From Octopus vulgaris (Eukaryota), in assembly GCA_951406725.2 (NCBI GenBank), contig OX597821.1:88908001-88972000 (forward strand): a DNA stretch of 64,000 bases, read 5' to 3'. This document shows, one piece after another, positions 51,712 through 64,000 of this stretch (its first letter is position 1; each line of letters begins with the position of its first letter). A program made the position numbers and the translations under genes. Under the pieces are notes generated by a model. The model had not been told where the DNA came from. It saw only the letters and a list, made by a program, of their open reading frames with translations, and searched no databases.

Positions 51712-52949
51712 TTTCCAGAAACACCGTCATTAAAAACAGGGAGGTGAGATGGTCTTGGCGGGGATTGTGTTGGTCAGTTTTCTGCTCAGTCAGAGCTAAT
51801 GCGGAGCTGAATGTAAACAACCAAATATAATTAAAGAAGAAAAATATGAACACTTAACACAAAACACTAAACATGAAACCACATCATATGCAATTGATAT
51901 AAGTTATGCGGTATTGGAGTCACACATAGAAGCTTTACAGTGCCGCCGGCACTTTTAAACGGAGACTGCAGAACTGCAATTATCACTCGTGTATAGACCA
52001 TAGAGCACTGGACTGTACAGAGAACACACAAATGCAGTCACTCAGCAGTCATTTTTAGATTGCTAACAGTGTGTTGTGTGTTCTACACCAACTATTGTAA
52101 TCTTTTTCTCGCTTCTACCACGCACATTACTACATTTTTCGTGACGCCAGTGTCACACACAACTCCGAGCACAACTAGACTACTATAAATAACACTACTG
52201 CATCAGAACAAGAATTAGCTAGACATTGCATTTATTCGCATACCATACAAATCTCATAATTATACGCTGCGTGGCCAACAGTGAGATGCGAACACATAAT
52301 TATTTAGTTAAAATCAAGAGACCATCAGCTTACCTACTCAACCGCTACAAATGTTCTCTAAGCTAGATAAGTGAAACAGTATCAAAACCCAGCACACTTA
52401 ATCCTTGCCCTTGTAGCCTGAACGACCGGTTTTTGAAGCATTTTATCTCGTAAATCTTCCGGAAAAGGCCCCAGTGATCTTATCTATAGCTGATATCAAA
52501 TTTGTAAGTGGTCAGTCTACTAGCTAAATGGTCAATATGTTTAGACAGCTGATTGGTAAATTTGTTCCCAAAATACTTGACCAATGCCAGATCCAACTAC
52601 CCATCCACCCCAGCTTTCCTTTGCATTAGATGTTATCTTCTTTTAAGCAGAGAGGGTGCAAGAAAGAATTGATGTGGATATGTAATGGCTGTTTATGTGT
52701 ATGTAGCTGCGAGTGTGCGTATCGACGTGTGTGTATGTGTGTTTGCGTGCGTGTGCGTCTGTGTTTCTTTAGCCGTTTATGTATGCGCGTATCTTTATGA
52801 ATAATTCTGTAGGGATAATACTACCAATGTATGTGAGAAGTATGCTGGACTATGTACTAGCTTCTGAGGGTGTGAATGCATTTACTATAGCTGTATATGT
52901 ATCTATACTAGAGTCTGAAAAATGCATAGGTATATACATGTATGTGTAT

Positions 52950-52980
<31 letters not shown>

Positions 52981-52984
52981 CATG

Positions 52985-53565
<581 letters not shown>

Positions 53566-53937
53566 AAATTTATGTGTACATATACTCAAACATCCCAATA
53601 ATCATGCATGAAATGCATGAATACATATCTTTTTTGCGATGTATAGATAGACAAATATTTGTAAGCGGTTGCGTAAGTGTATGAATCATGTGGATATGTA
53701 CATATGCATGTGTATGCTTCTGTTTGTATGTGTGTATACGCCTGGGTGCATGTGAGTGTGTGCGAGTACGTATGTCCTCTGCATCTGCTATGGAGTGTCA
53801 TCGCTAATTCTAGTTAATTACTCTCTGATGTGTAACGACGACGCTGGGCCCGGCTTAGACAAGGGCTAACGTTATCCTACATCACAACATCGATATATAT
53901 ATATATGTATATGTATACACACACATATATATATACA

Positions 53938-53968
<31 letters not shown>

Positions 53969-54325
53969 GAGTGGCTGTGTGGTAAGTAGCTTGCTTACCA
54001 ACGTCATAGTCCTGGGTTCAGTCCCACTGTGTGGCACCATGGGCAAGTGTCTTCTACTCTAGCCTCGGGCAGACCAAAGCCTTGTGACTGGATATCGTAG
54101 ACGGAGGGTGGAGGAGGCCTGTCATATATTTATATATATATATGTATATGTACGTGTGCGTATATGTTTGTGTGTCTCTGTTTGTCCTCCCAACTTCGCT
54201 TGTCAACCGATGCTGGTGTCTTTACTTCCCCGTAGATAAGCGGTTCGACAAAAGTGACCGATAGAATATCTCTTTAATATGCTGCTCCAGCCTGACCGCA
54301 TCGAAATGACTGAAAGAAGTACAAG
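53969..54325 (+). mobile_element. SINE family A, diverged
   Basis: Family-A head and body with internal microsatellite. Confidence 0.88.
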
Positions 54326-54328
54326 AAT

Positions 54329-54478
<150 letters not shown>

Positions 54479-54574
54479 TATATGTGTGTGTGTATATGTG
54501 TGTATGTGTATAAAACAAATAAAAAGTGGTTCACTAATTCGCTTGAATCTTGAATCTACACACCCACTCACTTA

Positions 54575-54605
<31 letters not shown>

Positions 54606-54869
54606 TTACATACACATACAAATAGCTGTAAGATTTAGCGGAATAAACACTAGTGGTACCTCAGAGATCTCTCCAGGGATGCTAGATGATCACGAACGAT
54701 ATAAATTTTTTTTTTTTGTTCCATTTTATCGGTTGTAGACGTGCCAGGTGTACATCACATTTAGGCAAAGATGGTTGTATCGATAAGCACCGTATAGTTT
54801 GTTTACTCTCTGCATATGTTTGTTATGAAAAATACCAAGCATAATGAAACTGTCAACAATACCATCAAT

Positions 54870-55050
54870 TCTACCACCACCAGCGTCACCACCGACGCTG
54901 CCACCGTCGCAACCACCACCACCACCACCACCATGAAAACCGCCATCCCTATTGCCACCACCATTACTACCAATGTCACTACCACTACAAGTATTACTAT
55001 CGTTATTACTGTTTTATCTGCTGCTGCTGCTACCACTACTACCACTACTA

Positions 55051-55082
<32 letters not shown>

Positions 55083-55145
55083 GCTACTACTACCACTACA
55101 ACTACTACTATTACCATTACTACTACTACTACCATTACCACCACC

Positions 55146-55235
<90 letters not shown>

Positions 55236-55275
55236 GCAGCTGCTGCTGCTGCTGCCGCTACCACTACCGTCACCG
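54870..55275. repeat. Compound (ACC/ACT/GCT)n trinucleotide tract
   Basis: Directly visible. Confidence 0.95.
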
Positions 55276-55496
55276 GCATACTGCAACCATCACCACTATA
55301 TATTAATCGTCATTGCCACTCCAGCAACGCCACAGAGGACAAAATTATCCGCGCCGTCATACAGCCATCACAGCATTCACGTGCGCTTTGCCGCAACCAC
55401 CACCATCTAAACCACCAATTCTATCTGCATCAATATTTCCATCAGTGCAAATACCACGGTTACGATACGATAAGTGATTTCACAATTATTGACACA

Positions 55497-55686
55497 GGCG
55501 CAGGTGTAGCTGTGTGGTAATAGCTTGCTTACCAACCACTTGGTTCCGGGTTCAGAAGACACCTTCTTATTCAAGGTTCTTACCCGGCTTCACGTGGCAC
55601 CTTGGGTAAGTATCTTCTACAATAGCCTCGGGCCAACTAATGCTTTGTGAGTGGATTTGGTAGACGGAAACTAAAAGAAGCTCGTC

Positions 55687-55737
<51 letters not shown>

Positions 55738-55999
55738 CGTGTGTGTGTGTGTAAGTGTTTGTGCATGTGTGTATATGTTCGTGTTTGTCTGCGTATCTGT
55801 GTTTGTTCCCTCACCATTGCTTGACAACCGATGGTGGTGTATTTACGTCCCCGTTACTTAGCGGTTCGGCAAAAAAGGACCGATAGAATAAGTACGAAGC
55901 TTACAAAGAATAAGTCCTGGGGTCGATTTGTTCGACTTAAGGCTGTGCTCCAGCATGACCGCAGTCATATGACTGAAACAAGTAAAAGATTAAAAGAAT
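55497..55999 (+). mobile_element. SINE family A with a short insertion after the B-box
   Basis: Family-A sequence; extra bases at about 55555-55590. Confidence 0.9.
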
Positions 56000-57052
56000 A
56001 CCACTGAAAAGCAGAATGTCTTCTTTAGGTTCTGTGTTCAAACACGATTGAGGTTAGCTTTGCCTTTCAAGTTTTCGGGGACGATAAATCAAAGTGCCAG
56101 TCAAGTTATGTGGTTGCTGTAATGCACATAATTCCTTCTAAAACTATTGTCCTTCTGCCAAAATTTGTAGGCGTTATAACTAATATCATTGACACACTAC
56201 CAATGCCTTCAATGAAGGATCCACAACCGCCACAACCGCCACCACTAAAACCATCACCACCACCACCGCCACAAACAACAACAACGAAACACCAACTGTA
56301 ACAGTATTATCTTCATAACTGAGACCACTACAACCATTTTTACTAGAATTCTTATCGAGCCAATATTTTCACGACATCACCAAGGTGACCCCCACAACCA
56401 CCTAACATGGTCATTCACCCTGCTAAGAGAGCAGCAAATCTTCCCCAAATCATAACTTACGGTCTTACTATGAATACTTTGGGTAATGACATTGTATAAG
56501 TAGCAGCTTGTGATATGACATGAGAGTCAAGGGTGGAAACATTTTGATTATACGTCTACCGAGTCAGGGCTTACCTGGGGGCTAAAAAGTTACAACATGT
56601 TTTTAGATATCACCATAACAATTGATAAAGTACATGCGAATTGTATTGCTCCTCACATATTGACAAGAGGCATTGCAGGTCAAATGGACTTTTTATATCA
56701 GGTGCATTCTCTTAAGCAGTAACGTTTATATGTATCACTGCGTAATATGCAGCTTCCCGGATATAGCAGGTTGCATATGACAACACTCGTGCAAAATCCA
56801 TATAAGTGAGTATATTTATGCATGTCAAGATGTCTATAGTCCCATTTCAATAACATATACATGCTTGAACACGTACAGAAGCATTAATTCAGTGTAAGAG
56901 AGAGAGGATGGAGAGAGAGAAAGAAAGAGAGAGAGAGTGAGAGAGAGAGAGAGATGTCTGTGTTGGTATATCTTTATGTAACCTACAAAAGAAGATAAAT
57001 AAACAGAGTAAAATTAACAATTTATCCGTAGATTGAAAAAGACGACCAGCTG

Positions 57053-57093
57053 CCTTAATCGATTTTCGATACTTATTAGTTCCTCATCAGAGG
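57053..57093 (-). ncRNA. Minimal type I hammerhead ribozyme in a Penelope pLTR-like fragment (~56955-57202)
   Basis: Minus strand: CCU-CUGAUGA-GGAACU(AAUA)AGUAUC-GAA-AAUCGAUU-A-AGG. Fully canonical core with G10.1-C11.1 and palindromic helix III. TATATAAA lies about 50 nt upstream; the insert sits between (GA)n and (TA)n. Confidence 0.8.
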
Positions 57094-57382
57094 TGTCTAC
57101 ATCAGTTTGCCCAATCCCATAGAAACAAATATCCAATCTGTTTATATATGCAATAAAATCAAGTACCAACAATAAACTGGAGCTTCTAATTTTCACACAC
57201 TGTATATATATATATGTATATATATATATAAGAAAAAAAAATCTATCAGAAAGGAACTCTATCTCTCTTAAAAAAATATCATTTGATAAGCATAACAAAT
57301 GCGCAACCGGTAAAAAGAACTTTCACCTAATTAAATACACTCTCCCCTACTTAAATTATTTTGTCAGCATTTTCTTCATTTC

Positions 57383-57420
<38 letters not shown>

Positions 57421-57427
<7 letters not shown>

Positions 57428-57660
57428 AATAAATAAAATATATGCATGAGTACAGGACACCACAAATAGACGTCTCGTTGAGTTCTACGTCTATTTGTGG
57501 TGTCCTGTACTCACGTATATATATTTATATATGCACGTATATATACATGTAGATGTAGGTACGTACATATATGTATGTATATATTTTATTTATTAAATTA
57601 TTGCATGACTGAGCGCCCTCGCGTCGTTTCGTTTCCTTTCTGTTCTCCAAGTAAGTTTTT
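57421..57660. repeat. Nested fold-back plus tail in (TA)n
   Basis: Perfect 27-bp arms 57447-57473 / 57487-57513; outer arms ataatttaataaataaaatata / tatattttatttattaaattat; tail ending tccaagtaagtttttat. Confidence 0.92.
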
Positions 57661-57663
57661 ATA

Positions 57664-57702
<39 letters not shown>

Positions 57703-57948
57703 ATATGAATTAGAAGTAGCTCATGATATATAAGCAATGTCGAACACACATACACAAGATATGTGTATTGCTAGTTCGTGGGTCGGCTACGGTTTTTAGG
57801 CATGAGAGAATGTATACTCCATGGCCTCTCTATGGACCTGATGTTAAACAAAACCCTGAAACAACACAACTGATATAGGTCCCTTCCTGGAGTTATGGCG
57901 CATACCGAACGAGGCCCGCTGCATGCCATATTGCCGATTATGATAGAT

Positions 57949-58299
57949 GATGGAAGCACTCCGTCGGTTACGACGGTTCCGGTTGATCCGATCAACGGAA
58001 CAGCCTGCTCGTGAAATTAACGTGTAACTGGCTGAGCACTCCACAGACACGTGACACAGAGAGTGACACAGAGAGTGACAAGGCCGGCTCTTTGAAATAC
58101 AGGTACAACAGTAAGTAAGAGCGAGAGAAAGTTGTGGTGAAAGAGTACAGCAGTGAACACCACCATCCCCTGTCGGAGCCTCGTGGAGCTTTAGGTGTTT
58201 TCGCTCAATAAACACTCACAACGCCCGGTCTGGGAATCGAAACCACGATCCTACGACCGCGAGTCCGCTGCCCTAACCACTGGGCCATTGCGCCTCCAC
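57949..58299 (-). mobile_element. SINE family D2, full length with TSD
   Basis: Minus head tggaggcgcaatggcccagtggttagggcagcggactcgcgg. 10-bp direct repeat tatgatagat at 57939-57948 and 58300-58309. Confidence 0.93.
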
Positions 58300-58987
58300 T
58301 ATGATAGATATATGCTAAATGGCTTAAACAGCATCTGCTAGCGCGTGCCAATGTTTCTTGCCACGGATTGAAATATTGATTTGAAGTAGCTCGAGGTAAA
58401 CAAAATCAAACACACACGAGGTATGTGAGCTGATGGCTTAAATCTTCAGTATATTATTGTTATATTGATTTTAATATTTCTATTATATGTAATTTTCTAG
58501 ATGGTGCAATTTAATTGTTCATTTTGAATTGATAAAAGGTGTTTTTTTGTTCAAATTATATATATATATATATATGCTTTCAGCTTTCACCCACAGACAG
58601 CTTTACACAAGCGCACGCATGCACATATAGAAGATACACGCGCACAGCCATCATACACCCACATCTACTCATATAGCTGATATACATGCATACGTATGCC
58701 CTCGCGAGCCATGTAACGGATGCCTCGTAAGGCTCCTTCGAAGACCTGCCGGATAGCATGACCTGCCTGACAGCAGGATACACTAGGCACGCGGTCAAGA
58801 AATTCAGTGCATTTGGTGCTGCTAGAACGTCGATCTCACACATGTGACATGCATATAATTACATGTAGTCAGTGTTACATATAGTATACAGTATATATAT
58901 TATATATATATACTATATATAACTACATTATATATATACTTTATGTAACTATTTAACTACCTTGGAATTATTCCCTCGGATCCTTCC

Positions 58988-59094
58988 TATACATACATAC
59001 ATACATACATACATACATACATACATACATACATACATACATACATACATACATACATACATACATACATACATACATACATACATACATACAT
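58988..59094. repeat. (CATA)n microsatellite
   Basis: Directly visible. Confidence 0.98.
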
Positions 59095-59799
59095 AGAAAC
59101 GTGTACTAGACGAAACAGAGACAACTGAAGAAGGGGAATATTTCTTGTGTTGTATGTCTTTTACTCTGTTTTTTTTCACTGTTTGAAAAGTTCGTTTCCA
59201 TGTTTTCGTTTTTTCATATTTTCGTTTGTTATTGTGTTCAACATTCTTTTGAAGTCCTGTACCTATATATGCATGTATATATACATATGGATGTAGGTAT
59301 GTACATATATGTATGTATATATGCATATATTTATATACTGTTTATATTATTACATACGTACATACGTGTGTGTATGTGTGTGTGATGCATGCATGTATGA
59401 ATAGTCGAAGTACTTTTTTTCAATGCTTAGGCAGAAAAAAAACAAAACTAAACTAAACTAAATTCGACCTCATTAGTTTCAACGACTTTTATGGGTTCAG
59501 AGATCGATTAATTTTTCTTGACTGCAGTAGTTAATTTTCATGGCGAAGCTAAAAATGCAAATGCGTACATCTTTAAAAAAAAAAACGGTACGCTCATAAG
59601 TTTATCGTATACAACTAACGTGAACGACATAAAGTGCATTAGGATAAATGTATAATGTATTATACACGTTTGAATAATTAATTATACAAATACATACATA
59701 GCGATCCAGCTGAGGATGATGTCATACAAATCTGTGTGTGTCTGTGTGTGTATATGTATACATACATATATATGCATATATATATATACACACATGCAC

Positions 59800-59897
<98 letters not shown>

Positions 59898-60172
59898 GAA
59901 ATATGTTACAAAAAGAAAATATAAAATACATATATATATATATATACACATACATATGCATATAGCTACTTATGTATATGCATGCACACATACACACACA
60001 TGTTTGTATATATGCCAATCTCTCTATATCACTATACACACGCGGACACAAGCGTAGTTGTCTCATTTAGGAAGGAAATGAAAATGTGTTTGCATGCATA
60101 TATATATATATATATATATATTTGTAAGTATTTAAGTATATATGTGTGTGTGTTTGTGTATGTGTTTATGTG

Positions 60173-60211
<39 letters not shown>

Positions 60212-60526
60212 AGGAGAAATAGATGCAAATACATACGTGCTTTGGATGAACACATCGAAACATATGTAGGAGATATGAAGATATAAATGATTTAATAAAA
60301 TCTTTCACGGTTGTCTCCCTTCTCTGTTTTTCCTATTTTACTCCTAAATACGTCTTGTTTGTCTCAGGATTCTAATCCCACATAAGTGTGTCCATTGTTT
60401 CCTAGGATATTTAAGCAATATTTAACTACCTTGGAATTATTCCCTCGGATCTTTCCTATACATACATGCATGGATACGTACATACATACATACATACATA
60501 CATATATACCTACATACATACATACA

Positions 60527-60559
<33 letters not shown>

Positions 60560-60580
60560 GTGTGTGTATATGGAGTCTGT

Positions 60581-60745
60581 ACGCAGGTGTAGCTGTGTAG
60601 TAAGAAGCTTGCGTCCTAACAACATGGTTCCGGGTTCAGTCTTACTGCGCGGCACTTTGGGCAAGATATCTCTACTATAGCCTCGGACCTACTAAAGACT
60701 TCTAAGTGGATTTGATAGACGGAAACGTGAAAGGAGCCTGTTGTA
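60581..60745 (+). mobile_element. SINE family A, 5' half
   Basis: gctgtgtagtaag...ggttccgggttcagtc...gacggaaac. Confidence 0.8.
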
Positions 60746-60811
60746 TAAAAGATTAGAAGAGTAAAAGAGTAGAGTATACATATATATGTATGTATATATT
60801 GTACATATTGT

Positions 60812-60864
<53 letters not shown>

Positions 60865-61326
60865 CACACACATATATATGTATGTATGTATATATATACA
60901 TATACATACAACTATACAACGACTGTGTATAGCTGTATTTAGCTGTATTTAAATTCAAAGCATGAAAGTGAAACAATACATCACTTATTGGTTCTGCCAT
61001 ATTTTCTATAGTATTGTGTTGTCTAAATTTTCTAAGTGTATGTGAAATACACGGATTGTTTTAACTTGGTATGATTGATATCGTGGCAAATTCAAAATAT
61101 AAATAGCCGGAACATATACTGCAAGATATTTTGTCTAACGTCCTAACAATATGCGTGTGTATGTGAGTGTGTGTGTGTGTGTGCGTGTGTCTATTTGTGT
61201 ATGTGTATGTCTACATCTACCAGATATCTTCATATCTCCTACACGTTTCGATGGATTCATCCAAAATACGTATCTATTTGCATCTATTTTTCCTACATAC
61301 ATACATACACATACACATACACACAT

Positions 61327-61393
<67 letters not shown>

Positions 61394-61594
61394 AAAATAC
61401 AAACTTACAAATATATATATGTAAATATATGTATGTACATAAAACCGGTGTTTGTATACTTTGTTTTATAGAACTCCAAACCAACTTGGTTTCGTCGAAA
61501 TTTGAACTCACGTTACATGGGACAAAGTCTAATACTGCAAAGCATTTTAAACGACGATCTGCCGATATATCTTTAATCATTTATGATTTACTTT

Positions 61595-61898
61595 ATTCAC
61601 TTATTTCTGTATCTGGAGTTGTTATTCCCGCAGCGTTAGGTTACGAGAACGTTAACAAACTCCGGTTATTAAGCGGTGCCGGTGGACATACACGAACACA
61701 AATAGTCACACACATAGATACATACACACACACACATCCATACAGGCACACACATCCTTACACGGACACACAGTCATATAGAACGGTCTACTTTCGGTTT
61801 CCGTCCACCTTATCAGCTCACAAGGCTTTGGTCTCACGGGGGCTATAGTAGTATGCATTTGTGCAAGGTGCTGTGCAGTGGGACTGAACCCGGAAACA
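61595..61898 (-). mobile_element. Diverged SINE family A copy
   Basis: gcagtgggactgaacccggaa and cacaaggctttggtc on the plus strand. Confidence 0.7.
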
Positions 61899-62299
61899 TC
61901 CTATCAATGGCCATTGTGAGGTTTCCAACAAATCACAATTTAAGCAACTGCATAACTGCATCTCGTTTACGCATGCAAACATACATTCACGCATACATCT
62001 TGCTTGAAACATGCTGCATATGGACACTTGTGTAGACATCTTCGCCGACACACACGCTAGCGAGCACATAAAGCGCGCATGCATACAAAAATATGCATTC
62101 ACATACGCACACACAAACACACATATTCATACACAAACACAACCAAATATACAGATGCACTTTTGCATTCCCAACGATTTATCGTCTCTATTTTTATATC
62201 ATACGTATGTGTGTGTGTGATATGAGTGTGTGTGTGATGTGTGTGTGTACGTGTATATACACATATAAATACGCATCTATTTGCATCTACTTTTCCTAC

Positions 62300-62336
<37 letters not shown>

Positions 62337-63472
62337 CATATGTATATATATACATACACACATATATATACATACATACATATATATACATATATATATA
62401 CACATATATATATACATATATATATACATATATATACACACATATATATATATACATATATATACACACATATATACACACATATATATATATATAAAAT
62501 TATGTATGCATATATGCGTACTCACATACTCTTCTATGTATATACGTGTATGTGCTTGGATATGTGCGTGTGTGAGTGTGTGTGCTTGTGTGTGTACAAA
62601 GATATATGCATATACATATCTACATTCACCTTCACTTACATGCACTTATTCTCTCCATTAAGAAGAGAAGATGAAACCTTGTATCTTTCCCTTCATTGTT
62701 CTACCAACATGCCAACAGCTATTGCTTATTACAGAATTTATCTGTTGAGTTCTTGAGAAAGTTTCCTGTGTTTGCATCGATTCCTGTAATAACGGACAAA
62801 CATTTATCTTGTTAGGGACTTCGCTTCGTGACATAAAGCCATTTAAGTCGAAATGGCTTTATCTAAATTCAATTTTCATATGCTGTTTCAGATTCTATTA
62901 ACATAAAATGAATAATCTTAATGCGACTCGAAATGCATGCGTGTTACTCTAAAACCTTCCGATTAAACGCACAAGAGATATTGGTGCCAGCAACTGCTAA
63001 TGAACGCAAGTAGATTGAGAAGCTATCACAAGTTACTGCAACCAATGTGATCTTCTGCTTGCCTGTCCGCCTCTCTGACTGTATCAATCAATCTACCTAT
63101 CCCTCGGTCTCTTTCTCTATGATTCAAATTATTTGTCTTTGTGTATGTGATTGTTTGGAAACAACGAAGGAGTCTCTGCTAAAATTAGCAGCTAAATCTC
63201 CATACAAATAGACCACAATATATAATTTTCAAAAAGGGAAATCACATTAGATAATGCATTTTCCGGCAAAATATCTGGAAGAAAAAATATGCTGAAAAAC
63301 TGATAAAATTGTAATGGCTGAAACGGTTTAATCATAGGAATGCTGGGTGATATACAAACACGGGGCCAAACAACATTTACGTCTCTATCCTTCCAAAGGA
63401 CAAGTTAATTTCTGCAGGGGATCTGCATTTCGCTATAACTCTGAACTTGCTATGGATTAATATGAATATGGT

Positions 63473-63477
63473 GCTTC

Positions 63478-63518
<41 letters not shown>

Positions 63519-63534
63519 GTGGTGGTGGTGGTGG

Positions 63535-63627
<93 letters not shown>

Positions 63628-63726
63628 GGGTGATGATGATGATGATGATGATGAGGGTGATGATGATGATGATGATGAGGGTGATGATGATGATGATGAT
63701 GATGATGACGATGATGATGATGATGT
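63473..63726. repeat. (GCT)n(GGT)n(GAT)n microsatellite
   Basis: Directly visible. Confidence 0.98.
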
Positions 63727-64000
63727 AGATGTCAACGGTGTCGATGACTAAAACGATAAAGACGGCAACGGCGATGACAATAAAATACTTTTTTCGCATT
63801 CGAGAATAAAGCAACTTTGCGTGAAGGATCAGTCAGTAGCATTGTCTTCAGTACATACTTTAATGCTTTATTTGATCGACCCTCAAAGGATGAAAACCAA
63901 ATTTGTCCTCGTTAGGGTTTCATCTCAGCACTTAAACACCTGGAACAAATGCTACATAAATATTTCTTACACTCTTAGGATTCCACTAATTCTCTGACCG

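Noticed and set aside
51870-52350. LTR-like segment with TATAAATA and ...CTACA end
   Set aside because: No matching 5' terminus, second copy or TSD identified.
54816-55520. 234-aa Thr-rich mucin-like ORF
   Set aside because: Built from trinucleotide repeats that are open in several frames; no signal peptide or domain; ends inside a SINE.

Overview
AT-rich eukaryotic DNA dense in microsatellites and transposon relics. The repeat content (tRNA-derived SINEs carrying (TA)n/(TG)n, CORE-type SINEs, TAA-targeting R4/Dong LINE) suggests an octopod cephalopod intron or intergenic region; this is an inference. I can support no host protein-coding exon, and nearly all listed ORFs are microsatellite translations. 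Recognisable elements: a Tc1/mariner transposase relic, a decayed R4/Dong LINE inside (TAA)n plus an orphan endonuclease fragment, two non-autonomous Helitrons, a possible solo LTR and several SINE families. The most notable signal is a set of type I hammerhead ribozyme (HHR) motifs in unrelated small elements, most of them in microsatellites. Two lie inside ~330-400 bp long-inverted-repeat elements (901-1300, 50967-51301). Two lie in Penelope pLTR-like fragments (33559-33601, 57053-57093), and several more are degenerate. Many fold-back-plus-tail palindromes accompany them. All alignments and folds were done by eye.
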